Source of the DNA: an uncultured Bacillota bacterium
Lineage (GTDB): Bacteria > Bacillota > Dehalobacteriia > UBA7702
Reading direction: 5' to 3'
NCBI GenBank assembly: GCA_934702375.1
Contig: CAKUYE010000003.1
Location: 11,589 to 75,588, forward strand
Length of the DNA: 64,000 bases
Shown here: piece by piece, positions 1-9,328 of the stretch
Layout of the letters: every line of letters begins with the position of its first letter
Numbering within the stretch: the stretch's first letter is position 1
Position numbers and translations under genes: made by a program
The notes under the pieces: generated by a model
What the model was told of the DNA's origin: nothing
Databases searched by the model: none
The model's input: the letters and a program-made list of their open reading frames with translations, nothing else

Positions 1-1
1 C

Positions 2-763
2 GGATTTAAAGGAGTCTTTTCCTTTATCTCCCAAGGTGAAAAGACGGAAGATACGGTGGATATGACCGGTAAAACCGTAAGTGTTGGCCAGAATACTGCC
101 AATGTCTATGAAAAGGCCGATGCGAATTCTAAAGTGATCTATTCCATGAGCAATGGAGAAACCGCTACCTGCGTAGAGCAGACCGATGATTGGTTAAAGT
201 TGGAGATTATCGAAGGCGTTTACGGTTACGCTCATGCCAAACTCTTTACTTTGGCATCGGATTATTCTACCGCGAATGATTCGGAAACACAAACCACCAA
301 AACACCGGAAAAAACGTATGTTAAACCTACCGTCAATGTTCTGGATATCTATGCCGGAGAATCTTCAGATTATGATATCGTTGCAACGGTGGAGTCCGGA
401 GCTGTATTGGAATTGACAGAAAAAGGACAGACCTGGTCCAAGGTTACGACTCTTGACGGGAAATCCGGCTACGTTATGACCGAGGATATTGAAACGACAG
501 AATATGATCCCAATGCCATGGTGGTGGAAGTGACTCATAGCTTTGTAAATTTGCGCAGCGAGGCATCTTCGGATTCTGATAAGGTAGGCTCTTTAAGCGA
601 AGGGGATACTGCCGAATATTTGGGCGAAGAGGAAAATTTCTATCGTATTCGCACTGAAGACGGCACGGAGTGCTACGTAAGCAAGGATTATACGGAGTTG
701 AAGAATACCTCCGGAGACAGCGCGGACACAAGCTCCGCCAATAACGATAACACAACGGAATAA
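2..763 (+). CDS. SH3b-repeat protein, C-terminal part (5' end lies outside the window)
   Basis: The frame is open from the window edge, with no stop before the ATG at 56. It contains repeated ~65-aa units with an SH3b-like signature (DDWLKLEIIEGVYGYAHAKLF, WSKVTTLDGKSGYVMTEDI, FYRIRTEDGTECYVSKDY). Confidence 0.7.
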   Translation, partial: GFKGVFSFISQGEKTEDTVDMTGKTVSVGQNTANVYEKADANSKVIYSMSNGETATCVEQTDDWLKLEIIEGVYGYAHAKLFTLASDYSTANDSETQTTKTPEKTYVKPTVNVLDIYAGESSDYDIVATVESGAVLELTEKGQTWSKVTTLDGKSGYVMTEDIETTEYDPNAMVVEVTHSFVNLRSEASSDSDKVGSLSEGDTAEYLGEEENFYRIRTEDGTECYVSKDYTELKNTSGDSADTSSANNDNTTE

Positions 764-823
764 TTCATGAAATGCAGAAGCTCCGATATCTCTGAATGAA
801 GAGAATATCGGAGCTTTTCTTAT

Positions 824-1072
824 TTATTGCTCGAAAATGAGAATTTTGGGGTTTTCCTTTGCTGCAGCGTAAAATACTTTTAAGAAACCTCGAGGTAAGG
901 TTTTGCTTTCTTTTAAAATCAAATGGAGCTCCTCGGGGCTCTCCGTCAGGCAATCAAAGAGGGCATCCAGATTTTTGCCGTACCAATCGGGGAATTCCAG
1001 TTCCTTGAGGAGAAATTCGTGGAGTTTTTCCGCTGTTTGCATTTTCGTTGCATCGATGATGATTTCTTTCAT
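824..1072 (-). CDS. barstar-family ribonuclease inhibitor
   Basis: LHEFLLKELEFPDWYGKNLDALFDCL matches the barstar core ([26 protein letters not shown]). A GGAGAGG RBS lies 6 nt before the ATG at 1072. The gene is immediately downstream of the RNase gene. Confidence 0.85.
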   Translation of the reverse strand: MKEIIIDATKMQTAEKLHEFLLKELEFPDWYGKNLDALFDCLTESPEELHLILKESKTLPRGFLKVFYAAAKENPKILIFEQ

Positions 1073-1073
1073 G

Positions 1074-1559
1074 TTATTCCTCTCCATAGAGCAATTCGAA
1101 GGAATTGTAATGGTCTTCGGTGTAGTAGATCAAGCCATCATTGGAAAATACAATACGTTTCGCACCGCGACTGTCTTTTCCCTGGGTGTCGATATCACAT
1201 TCGGTATAGGTTCGTCCATCGGCTTCCGGAAGAAGACCTTCGTAATTGCCAAAATAACTGCCTCCAATGGATTTCCCCGGGGCATAGGGTTCTAATGAAC
1301 CGCCTTCCCATCCCAGTTCCTGGGCTTCTTTTTTGGAAATATAATTGTCTGGTAGATGTCCGTAGATATGAATATAGGCGGCTACCTCTTCCTTTGATGT
1401 ATAGGTACCATCCTCTTGGATCTCAGAGCCTGTTTGATCCTGCGTTGTTGATTCTATGGTGACGCTTTCAGTATCGCCGTTTGCTGTTGTGAAGGCACTG
1501 CAGGCTCCAAAGGAAAAGATCATGCAGAGCATAAGCAGTATGGATAATAGTTTTTTCAT
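1074..1559 (-). CDS. secreted barnase-type (N1/T1 family) ribonuclease, possible lipoprotein
   Basis: It has a signal peptide ending in FSFGAC. Barnase-like blocks follow: HLPDNYISKKEAQELGW, APGKSIGG, GRTYTECDI and RIVFSNDGLIYYTEDHYNSF. Confidence 0.9.
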   Translation of the reverse strand: MKKLLSILLMLCMIFSFGACSAFTTANGDTESVTIESTTQDQTGSEIQEDGTYTSKEEVAAYIHIYGHLPDNYISKKEAQELGWEGGSLEPYAPGKSIGGSYFGNYEGLLPEADGRTYTECDIDTQGKDSRGAKRIVFSNDGLIYYTEDHYNSFELLYGEE

Positions 1560-1682
1560 TTTGAACCTCCTTGTGATTCTTTATTATAGCGGAAATTGTC
1601 TTTGATGACAATGAAAATCTGCTGGTTTTTCGGGTATGGAAATTTCTTTTTCAGGGTAAACTGAAGAAAAAGACGGAGGTAT

Positions 1683-2123
1683 ATGAAAATGATCGAACAA
1701 GATACGATTAAATTGTTGAGGGAGTGTGATGCCGGCATCAAAATGGGGGTTTCTGCCATTGATGATGTTTTGAATGATGTTTCCGAAGTGAGTTTGAAAC
1801 ATCGCCTTGGAAAATGCAAAAATGAGCATATAAAATTGAAAGATGAAATTCAGGATTTGCTGGATCAATATCATGATGACGGTAAAGAGCCCAACCTGAT
1901 TGCCGAAGGTATGTCCTGGATGAAAACGAATGCCAAGATGATGATGGATCCTTCGGATGCTACGATTGCGGACTTGATGACCGATGGCTGTAATATGGGA
2001 GTGAAAAGTCTGAGCCGCTACTTGAACCAATATGCGGCTGCCGATGAACGCTCCAAAGATTGTGCCAAACGATTGATCCGGATGGAGTCGGATCTTTCCA
2101 CTGATTTGCGCTCCTATCTTTGA
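1683..2123 (+). CDS. hypothetical helical protein (loosely DUF2383/ferritin-like four-helix bundle)
   Basis: This is a clean 146-aa ORF with GGAGG upstream; the start is ATG 1683 or 1689. The sequence looks helical and I recognise no catalytic motif. Confidence 0.6.
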   Translation: MKMIEQDTIKLLRECDAGIKMGVSAIDDVLNDVSEVSLKHRLGKCKNEHIKLKDEIQDLLDQYHDDGKEPNLIAEGMSWMKTNAKMMMDPSDATIADLMTDGCNMGVKSLSRYLNQYAAADERSKDCAKRLIRMESDLSTDLRSYL

Positions 2124-2313
2124 TTTTTTATGGATATCCCGGCATAAGTGATTCGATACTTTGGGAAAATTTCTTTCTCCCGTATTATCTTTTATGTTCG
2201 GGATTCTTTCTTTTCCGGAGAATTCCGTAATTTTCTTGTACTTAGGCGGATAAATGATATTTACAAAACCGCCAAAAAAGTGGTAAACTATAAGTACCTG
2301 GAGGAATTTTCAT

Positions 2314-2901
2314 ATGGATGAGCTGAAACGAATCGTTGCCGAAAATCTGATCCGTTTGCGCCAAAATTCGGGAATGACTCAAGCGGATCTGGGAGAAAAA
2401 TTAAATTATTCCGATAAAACAGTATCCAAATGGGAACGGGCAGAATCGCTGCCCGATGTCTATGTTTTAAAGCAGATCAGTACCATTTTTGGTGTGACTA
2501 TTGATATGCTCCTCTCGCCCCACGGAAAAGAGGACTTTGAAATAGAATCCACAGAAACAAAAGAGAAGGAATGGTCTTATAGCAGCAATATGATCACGAT
2601 GATCTCTGTATTTAGCATATGGACCTTGGCTTTGCTTATTTTTGTGGTGCTTTGGGTAAACAAGATCGTTTTTCCCTTGGTATTTCTTGTTGCGATCCCT
2701 ATTTCTCTGGTGGTATTGCTGGTAATGCGATCTGTTTGGAATCAGGGACGCTATAATTATTGGGTTGTTGCCGCATTGGTACTCAGTTTATTTGTGTTGG
2801 TTTATTTTTGTTTTTGGAGCAGCAAACCCTGGCAAATGTGGCTTCTGGTGATACCGGCAGAGCTTCTTGTTTACATGGGATTTCGTGTGAAACGCCGTTA
2901 A
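2314..2901 (+). CDS. XRE-family HTH regulator with C-terminal multi-pass membrane domain
   Basis: The N-terminus GMTQADLGEKLNYSDKTVSKWERAESLPD is a classic Cro/C1 HTH. The C-terminal ~110 aa form 3-4 hydrophobic helices. Confidence 0.85.
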   Translation: MDELKRIVAENLIRLRQNSGMTQADLGEKLNYSDKTVSKWERAESLPDVYVLKQISTIFGVTIDMLLSPHGKEDFEIESTETKEKEWSYSSNMITMISVFSIWTLALLIFVVLWVNKIVFPLVFLVAIPISLVVLLVMRSVWNQGRYNYWVVAALVLSLFVLVYFCFWSSKPWQMWLLVIPAELLVYMGFRVKRR

Positions 2902-3077
2902 CAGGTGTCTCTACTTGGTGTAGAGTGAATATTTTGGGCCGTAGAGTTGATGGATTTCAATTCTACGGCTCATTTATTTCTTGGAGAGTTTCAAAGTGAT
3001 GGAAAAGGTTGATTTTTTCATTGGGAAAGGATAGAATATTTTAAGACTAATCAATAAAAATATTCTCGGAGGGAAAT

Positions 3078-3962
3078 ATGGCTAATTATGTTTTGAGTTG
3101 CTGCTCCACTGCAGACCTCACGGTAGAGCATTTGCGGCGCAGAAATATTTCATTTGTATGTTTTCATTTTTCTTTAGACGGTGTGGAATACGCCGATGAT
3201 ATGGGTCAGTCTATGGCCATTCATACCTTTTACGAAAAAATGATTGCCGGGGCGGAAACTTCGACCTCCCAGGTGAGCGTTGGTGAATTTTGTGAATATT
3301 TCACCGGTTTGCTTTCTGCCGGTAACGATGTTTTACATATCTGTCTTTCTTCCGGGCTTTCCGGTTCTTATTTCTCGGCGGTTAGTGCTGCGGAAATGAT
3401 GAAAGAACAGTTCCCGGATCGTAAGATCTATGTTGTGGATTCTCTTTGTGCCTCCAGTGGTTATGGTCTTTTTATGGATGGTCTTGCGGATCAGCGGGAT
3501 AAAGGTTTGGATCTGGAAGCCCTTAGAGATTGGGCAGAAGAAAATAAACTGCGGATGCAGCATTGGTTTTTCTCTACGGATTTGAAATGGTATGTGAAAG
3601 GCGGTCGGGTTTCCGCCCCTGCCGGCTTTATCGGCGGTATTTTAGGAATCTGCCCGGTACTGCATATGGATGCCGAGGGGCATTTGATTCCCTTTGCCAA
3701 AGCCCGTACAAAGAAAAAAGCCATCAAAGCGGTTGTGGATCAAATGATTGCTCTGGCGGACGGTGGTACCGATTACAATGGCAAATGTTATATTTGCAAT
3801 TCCTATTGTCTTGATGATGCCAGAGCCACTGCGGAGCTGGTTGAAAAGACCTTTCCGTATCTGAATGGTGCCGTTGAGATCTATGACATCGGTACGGTGA
3901 TTGGGAGTCATACCGGCCCCGGAACCATCTCCATTTTCTTCTGGGGAAGTCCCAGAGAATAA
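3078..3962 (+). CDS. DegV family fatty-acid-binding protein
   Basis: Length of 294 aa and motifs typical of DegV: STADL near the N-terminus, SSGLSGSY, and GTVIGSHTGPGTISIFFWG at the C-terminus. Confidence 0.9.
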   Translation: MANYVLSCCSTADLTVEHLRRRNISFVCFHFSLDGVEYADDMGQSMAIHTFYEKMIAGAETSTSQVSVGEFCEYFTGLLSAGNDVLHICLSSGLSGSYFSAVSAAEMMKEQFPDRKIYVVDSLCASSGYGLFMDGLADQRDKGLDLEALRDWAEENKLRMQHWFFSTDLKWYVKGGRVSAPAGFIGGILGICPVLHMDAEGHLIPFAKARTKKKAIKAVVDQMIALADGGTDYNGKCYICNSYCLDDARATAELVEKTFPYLNGAVEIYDIGTVIGSHTGPGTISIFFWGSPRE

Positions 3963-3980
3963 AACTTAAAACGAATCTTT

Positions 3981-4014
3981 GGAGAAGCTGCAGAGATGTG
4001 GCTTCTCTATTTTG
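3981..4014 (+). terminator. intrinsic terminator after degV
   Basis: The stem GGAGAAGC/GCTTCTC(T) is followed by TATTTTG. Confidence 0.6.
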
Positions 4015-4086
4015 ATTGGCGGTGTTGTATTGACATAAAACGGCGCTATGATACAATAGAATCATAGGAAGGGAGGGCACGATAGT

Positions 4087-4953
4087 ATGATGACAATGGT
4101 AATGATGATTTGTTGCTATCCGATCCTATGGTTGATGATTGCAATTTTTGCCTGGGCGGCAAAGCGGCGCGGAAGTATTGTTCTCGGTATGAAATTGCCG
4201 GAAGGCTGTGCAGATGATATGGAGGTAAACGCACTTGCTCGACGATGTCGCAAAGTGTTGTGGTTCTCCGGGATCCCGCTTACTTTGGTGTTATTGCCGA
4301 TCTTTTGGATCCCTTATGAATCGGTGTCCTTTACGGTTTGGATGACCTGGATCCCACTGATGATTCTTTTTCCTTTTCTTGTCCTGGGCTATTATCATCG
4401 GCGTTTGAAGAAACTCATTGCGGTAAGAGGATGGGAACTGGGCGAAGAAGAGCGCCATTGGTGGTTGGGACTGTTTTACTATGATCCTCAGGATCCACGG
4501 ACGACGGTAAAAAAGCGAATCGGAACCGGTTCAACTATGAACATAGCCCGACCCGGCTGCAAGATCGTTTTGGCCTTTGTTTTTCTTTGTCTTTTGTCTA
4601 TGCCTTTGCTGGGCATCTGGATGATGGCAGAGGACTTCTCTCCTCGGGTGCTCACGGTAACGGAAGACTCCATTACTGCCGAACATTTAGGCTCTGATAC
4701 GGTGGCTTATGACGATATCTCTGATATTGCGCTGCTTCGGGAAATGCCCCGACATCATCGTTCTTCCGGTTATGAAATGACATATATTGATAAAGGCATT
4801 TTTCATGTGGATGGTTATGGTCGCTGCAGGATTTGTATCGACCGTCGAGATCCGTATTTTTTGGTGATGATGACCGCGGATGAGACCTATATCTTTAGTG
4901 TTGCAACGCAAAAGGATGTGGAAACTGTCATCGATCATGTGGAACCGAAGTAA
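4087..4953 (+). CDS. membrane protein with DUF5808-like segment
   Basis: It has several TM helices. The stretch YYDPQDPRTTVKKRIGTGSTMNIARP resembles the DUF5808 signature. Confidence 0.7.
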   Translation: MMTMVMMICCYPILWLMIAIFAWAAKRRGSIVLGMKLPEGCADDMEVNALARRCRKVLWFSGIPLTLVLLPIFWIPYESVSFTVWMTWIPLMILFPFLVLGYYHRRLKKLIAVRGWELGEEERHWWLGLFYYDPQDPRTTVKKRIGTGSTMNIARPGCKIVLAFVFLCLLSMPLLGIWMMAEDFSPRVLTVTEDSITAEHLGSDTVAYDDISDIALLREMPRHHRSSGYEMTYIDKGIFHVDGYGRCRICIDRRDPYFLVMMTADETYIFSVATQKDVETVIDHVEPK

Positions 4954-4966
4954 CAAAAAAATAAAA

Positions 4967-5026
4967 GTAAAGCTAGCTTTACATTACAATGTTTCTATGG
5001 TATACTGTATGTAAAGTTAGCTTTAC
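4967..5026 (+). promoter_or_regulatory. promoter TTTACA-17-TATACT flanked by two 16-bp palindromic operators
   Basis: GTAAAGCTAGCTTTAC (4967-4982) overlaps the -35 (4978-4983). GTAAAGTTAGCTTTAC (5011-5026) lies just after the -10 (5001-5006). Confidence 0.6.
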
Positions 5027-5043
5027 TTTTTAGGGAGGTCATC

Positions 5044-5250
5044 ATGAAAAATCGAATTGCCGTTTTAAGAAAGGAGCGGGGCCTTACCCAGCAGGCTTTG
5101 GCTGAAAAACTCTCGGTATCCCGTCAAACTGTGATATCTTTGGAAAACGGACGTTATAATCCCTCAATCCGTTTGGCCTACGATATTGCAAAGATTTTTG
5201 ATTGTATCATAGAAGAGGTATTTCTTTTTGAAGAGGAGGATGTAAAATGA
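5044..5250 (+). CDS. small XRE/YozG-type HTH transcriptional regulator
   Basis: The 68-aa product contains RKERGLTQQALAEKLSVSRQTVISLENGRYNPSIRLAYDIAKIF. GGGAGG lies upstream. Confidence 0.9.
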   Translation: MKNRIAVLRKERGLTQQALAEKLSVSRQTVISLENGRYNPSIRLAYDIAKIFDCIIEEVFLFEEEDVK

Positions 5251-5651
5251 AAAAAATTACGGGTCGTTTTCTTTGGCTTATCGTATTGACTTTATGTGGT
5301 ATTGGTCTTATTATTGCCGCCGGTTTTGGGTTGGTGGATAGCTTTTGGTCCGGTATGGGCTGTGGATTTCTTGCAGTGGGTGGCCTTCGCCTGATTCAGC
5401 TTGTCCGGTATAAAAAGAATGCAGAATATGCAGAACGTTTGGAGGTTAGTGTCCACGATGAACGAAACCTCTACCTGGCGGAAAAAGCCAGATCCTGGAG
5501 CTTTTACTGGAGCATTCTTTTGGAATGTATTGCCGTGATTGTGTTGCGCATATGCCAGTATCCGATGCTTTCTACGACGATGGGGCTTTTAATCTGTTGT
5601 CAATTGGTGCTGTATTGGGGCTCCTGGCTGTATTTAAAGAAAAAGCACTAA
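5247..5651 (+). CDS. small membrane protein co-transcribed with the HTH regulator (DUF2178-like)
   Basis: It overlaps the upstream stop by 4 bp (ATGA). It has four predicted TM helices. Confidence 0.75.
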   Translation: MKKITGRFLWLIVLTLCGIGLIIAAGFGLVDSFWSGMGCGFLAVGGLRLIQLVRYKKNAEYAERLEVSVHDERNLYLAEKARSWSFYWSILLECIAVIVLRICQYPMLSTTMGLLICCQLVLYWGSWLYLKKKH

Positions 5652-5669
5652 AGAGAGGTTTTGTCAGCT

Positions 5670-6374
5670 ATGAACAAATCCGTAACGATGCAGGTGATTG
5701 CACATATCCACAATGATTTTAAAACGAAATTTGGATTACCTCGCCAAAGCGGTTTGGTCACGGAACTGTCTTCGGTGATCGTTTTTGAACCGCCTTACCG
5801 TGATCCGGCGGCTTGCCGTGGTTTGGAGGATTACAGCCACCTTTGGCTATTGTGGCAGTTTTCCGGCTCTCATGAAAAGAACTGGTCAGCTACGGTGCGG
5901 CCCCCGCGGCTTGGGGGAAATCGGCGTATGGGAGTTTTTGCTACACGTTCTCCTTATCGACCCAATCCTGTAGGGCTTTCCTCGGTAACCTTAAAAAAAA
6001 TTGTTTATGACGAAGGCCAAGGGCCATTACTTTACGTTGGCGGTGCAGACCTTATGGACGGTACGCCCATCTTTGATATCAAGCCCTATCTGCCCTTTAC
6101 CGATAGTCATCCCGAAGCCGTTGGAGGCTTTTCCGCTGCCATTGCTCCTTACCGGCTGCAGGTTGAGTTTCCGCCGGAGCTTTTGATGAAGATTCCTTTG
6201 GAAAAAAGAGAGAGTCTTCTTGGGGTATTGGCAGAAGACCCCCGACCGGCATATCAAAAGGATCCGGAGCGCATTTATGGAATGCCCTTTGGTTTATGGG
6301 ATGTTCGTTTTCGTGTTGACGAGAATGGTGTTTTGACCGTAACGGATCTAATCTGTGAAGATAAGAAAATATAA
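5670..6374 (+). CDS. trmO: tRNA (N6-threonylcarbamoyladenosine37-N6)-methyltransferase TrmO/TsaA
   Basis: Typical TsaA motifs are present: FGLPRQSG, GVFATRSPYRPNPVGLS and GTPIFDIKPY. I prefer the ATG at 5670 (AGAGAGG 11 nt upstream) over the TTG at 5661. Confidence 0.9.
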   Translation: MNKSVTMQVIAHIHNDFKTKFGLPRQSGLVTELSSVIVFEPPYRDPAACRGLEDYSHLWLLWQFSGSHEKNWSATVRPPRLGGNRRMGVFATRSPYRPNPVGLSSVTLKKIVYDEGQGPLLYVGGADLMDGTPIFDIKPYLPFTDSHPEAVGGFSAAIAPYRLQVEFPPELLMKIPLEKRESLLGVLAEDPRPAYQKDPERIYGMPFGLWDVRFRVDENGVLTVTDLICEDKKI

Positions 6375-6416
6375 CCGAAGGGAAGAGTTTTTATTGCTCT
6401 TCCCTTCGGTTTTTTA
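6375..6416 (+). terminator. intrinsic terminator between convergent genes
   Basis: A 13-bp stem CCGAAGGGAAGAG/CTCTTCCCTTCGG is followed by TTTTTT. Confidence 0.8.
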
Positions 6417-6430
6417 TCTGTGATTTTTGA

Positions 6431-7462
6431 TTATAGTTTGATTTCGCCGCTGAGAATTTTCTGGTAATCTTCGTAGTTTTTCCGCAGCAAGTTGGGGATA
6501 TCAAGACCATAGGGACATTTCTTTTTGCATTTGCCGCAATCTTTGCAGGTTTCGATCTTCTTCATTTCTGTTTGCCATTTTTCAGTCAGGTATGGCTGAT
6601 AGGGAGAACGGCGCATCAATAAAGACATACGGGCGCATTGATTAATGCGGATCTCCTGGGGGCAGGGCATACAGTAGCCGCAGCTGCGGCAAAATTCACC
6701 TGCCAGCTCCCGGCGATCTTTTTCAATGATGGTCTGTATTTCCGGGGTAAGGGTTGGAGGATGCTCCATGTAGCTTAAAAACTCGTCCAGCTCCCATTCG
6801 TGTTGGATTCCCCAAATCGGTAAGACGTTATCAAATTTTGCCAAAAATGCATAGGCTGCGGCAGAATGATTGATCAGACCGCCGGCAAGGGATTTCATCG
6901 CGATAAAGCCCATATTCCGTTCCTTACATTTTTTTACCAAATTCAATTCCGGTTCCCCGGCAAGATAACTAAAGGGGAATTGCAATGTTTCGTAAAGGTC
7001 GGAGTCGATACATTCCTCTGCCACGGTCAGTGAGTGAGCTGTAACGCCGATGTGCCGGATCTTTCCCTTTTTCTTTGCTTTTTCCAATGTTTCGTATACG
7101 CCGGTGCCGTCGCCGGGACGATAGCATACCGGTGCTAAATGGATCTGATAAATATCAATGTAATCGGTTTGCATCAATGTCAGCGATGTTTCTAGATCTT
7201 TTTCAATTCCCTCCGGAGTGCGGCTCATTGTTTTTGTAGCAAGATAGATTTTTTCTCTGGGAATGTAATCGCCAAAGGCACAGCCGATCTTTTCTTCACT
7301 GTCTGTATATGCCCGAGAAGTATCAAAAAAGCTCATCCCGCCATCGGCAGCTTTACGTAAAATTTTTATTGCGGTTTCTTTGTCGTCTCTCTGGATCGGC
7401 AAAGCTCCAAATGCATTTTGTTCTACGGTGATATTTGTACTTCCTAATGTGATTTTTGCCAT
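6431..7462 (-). CDS. aldo/keto reductase with C-terminal 4Fe-4S cluster domain
   Basis: It has AKR motifs (FDTSRAYTDSEE, IRHIGVTAHS). The C-terminus carries CRSCGYCMPCP and CKDCGKCKKKCP cysteine clusters. The start at 7462 has a GGAAG RBS. Confidence 0.9.
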   Translation of the reverse strand: MAKITLGSTNITVEQNAFGALPIQRDDKETAIKILRKAADGGMSFFDTSRAYTDSEEKIGCAFGDYIPREKIYLATKTMSRTPEGIEKDLETSLTLMQTDYIDIYQIHLAPVCYRPGDGTGVYETLEKAKKKGKIRHIGVTAHSLTVAEECIDSDLYETLQFPFSYLAGEPELNLVKKCKERNMGFIAMKSLAGGLINHSAAAYAFLAKFDNVLPIWGIQHEWELDEFLSYMEHPPTLTPEIQTIIEKDRRELAGEFCRSCGYCMPCPQEIRINQCARMSLLMRRSPYQPYLTEKWQTEMKKIETCKDCGKCKKKCPYGLDIPNLLRKNYEDYQKILSGEIKL

Positions 7463-7688
7463 GTTCATCACTTCCTGCGTTTTTCTTTTTATTATACCGC
7501 AAAGTTTATGTCTTTTGCAAGTGTAGAATCCTTTGAGCAGGTCATTCTCTTCTCGGGAGAGGGGATTCTCTTTGGTGAAATACCTGCGGAGCGGAGAGGG
7601 AGAGCGGCTTTATCCGGAAGTAGGTTGTGTTTCGGCTTATTTTTGATTAAGATAAAGTGCATACGGAAGAAAAAGGAGTTTGTTGGAA

Positions 7689-8549
7689 ATGATACAAATT
7701 TTTACGGATACTTCGGCGGCATTGCCTCAAGAACTGACGGATCGTTATGGTTTGAAGGTGATCCCCTTTCCCTATATGGTAGACGGAGAAGAATTCTTTG
7801 CGGCGACGGATGGTTCCTTTGACGGTAAAACCTTTTATCGGGCCATGCGCAACGGCGCGGAAGTAAAGACCTCCATGATCAACGCTTTTACGTATTACGA
7901 CGCTTTTGAGGCTGCAGCCAAAGCCGGTGACGAAGTGATCTATATTGGTATGTCCAGCGGGATCAGTGGAGCCTATAATGAATCCACCGTTGCGATGAAT
8001 TCTCTGCGAGAGCAATACCCCCACCAACGTTTTGCCGCTGTGGATACAAAAGCTGCGGCATTAGGAGAGGGTATGCCGGTTTTGATCGCTGCAAAAATGT
8101 TGGCGGATGGAGCTTCCTTTGAGGATATTGTGGAGGAACTGTATCGGCGTATTCCTCATATGTGCCAATTCTTTACCGTGGATGATTTGGAGTACTTGAA
8201 ACGCGGCGGCCGCATTTCAAAAATATCGGCGGTGTTGGGTACGGTATTGAATGTGAAGCCCATATTAAAAGGGGATGACGATGGGAAGATTGTCCTCTTT
8301 CATAAAACCCGCAGCCGGAAAAAGGCTTTGGATTATCTTGCCCAGATGTATCGGGAAAAACAGATGGATCCCGGGGAACCCGTTGGCATAGCCCATGGTG
8401 ATTGCGCCGGAGATGCGGCTTACTTGGAATCAAAGCTTCGGGAAAGCGGCTGCACCGGTGAGATCCTTACAGTTTGGTATGAGCCGGTGACAGGCTCTCA
8501 TGTTGGCCCCGGGACCGTTGCCATGTTCTTTTGGGGACACGAGCGCTGA
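7689..8549 (+). CDS. DegV family fatty-acid-binding protein (second paralog)
   Basis: Motifs are IFTDTSAALP, MSSGISGAY and VTGSHVGPGTVAMFFWG. An AAGGAG RBS lies 10 nt before the ATG at 7689. Confidence 0.9.
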   Translation: MIQIFTDTSAALPQELTDRYGLKVIPFPYMVDGEEFFAATDGSFDGKTFYRAMRNGAEVKTSMINAFTYYDAFEAAAKAGDEVIYIGMSSGISGAYNESTVAMNSLREQYPHQRFAAVDTKAAALGEGMPVLIAAKMLADGASFEDIVEELYRRIPHMCQFFTVDDLEYLKRGGRISKISAVLGTVLNVKPILKGDDDGKIVLFHKTRSRKKALDYLAQMYREKQMDPGEPVGIAHGDCAGDAAYLESKLRESGCTGEILTVWYEPVTGSHVGPGTVAMFFWGHER

Positions 8550-8579
8550 TGAAGTCATTTCTAAGGAGGCAGGAAAGAT

Positions 8580-9254
8580 ATGTTGCAAAGAATCCCTCTT
8601 GATCAAAGAGTTTTACCGGATTATACCTGGGGTGAAGAAAAAATGAACATGATCACCCATATCGTTGGCGGAGCCATTGGCGTGGTCGTTTTGGTATTTG
8701 CAGTGCTTATTGCGGCCTTTCACGGAAACGGCTGGGGAGTGGTGAGCGGCGCTGTTTATGGGGCTTCGTTGATCCTTCTTTACAGTGTTTCTGCGACCTA
8801 CCACGGTTTGCCTCAGTGTACCGGGAAAAAGGTGATGCAGGTCATTGACCATTGTACCATTTACGTTCTTATCGCCGGGACTTATACACCGATTGTGCTC
8901 ACGGCAATGCGTCCCCTTTATCCGACGTTGGCCTGGGTAATTTTTGGTATCCAGTGGGGAGCGGCGCTTATCGCTGCAACCTTTACCGCCATTGACTTAA
9001 AACGGTACAGCAAACTTTCTATGGCGTGCTATATTATTATGGGCTGGATGATTGTGTTGACCCTGAAGCCCACCATTGCAGCAGTTTCCTGGAACGGTTT
9101 TTGGTGGTTGCTGGCCGGCGGTGTGGCTTATACCGTAGGGGCGGTGCTTTATGGTAAAGGGAAAAAGAAACGGTATTTTCATTCGGTATTCCATATTTTC
9201 GTCGATCTGGGTAGTATATTACAGGCGGTCTGTATTCTTTTCTATGTGTTATAA
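8580..9254 (+). CDS. hemolysin III / PAQR family membrane protein
   Basis: It has seven TM helices plus the SATYHG, DHCTIYVLIAGTYTP and FHIFV motifs. Confidence 0.9.
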   Translation: MLQRIPLDQRVLPDYTWGEEKMNMITHIVGGAIGVVVLVFAVLIAAFHGNGWGVVSGAVYGASLILLYSVSATYHGLPQCTGKKVMQVIDHCTIYVLIAGTYTPIVLTAMRPLYPTLAWVIFGIQWGAALIAATFTAIDLKRYSKLSMACYIIMGWMIVLTLKPTIAAVSWNGFWWLLAGGVAYTVGAVLYGKGKKKRYFHSVFHIFVDLGSILQAVCILFYVL

Positions 9255-9269
9255 AATACTTTTGAACAT

Positions 9270-9313
9270 AAAAAAGGCGGCAATGCTTTAAGAAAAGGCA
9301 TTGCCGTTCTTTG
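9270..9313. terminator. bidirectional terminator hairpin
   Basis: The stem CGGCAATGC/GCATTGCCG has an A-run upstream and TTCTTTG downstream. It lies between convergent genes. Confidence 0.6.
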
Positions 9314-9328
9314 TCGATGGTAATTTCT

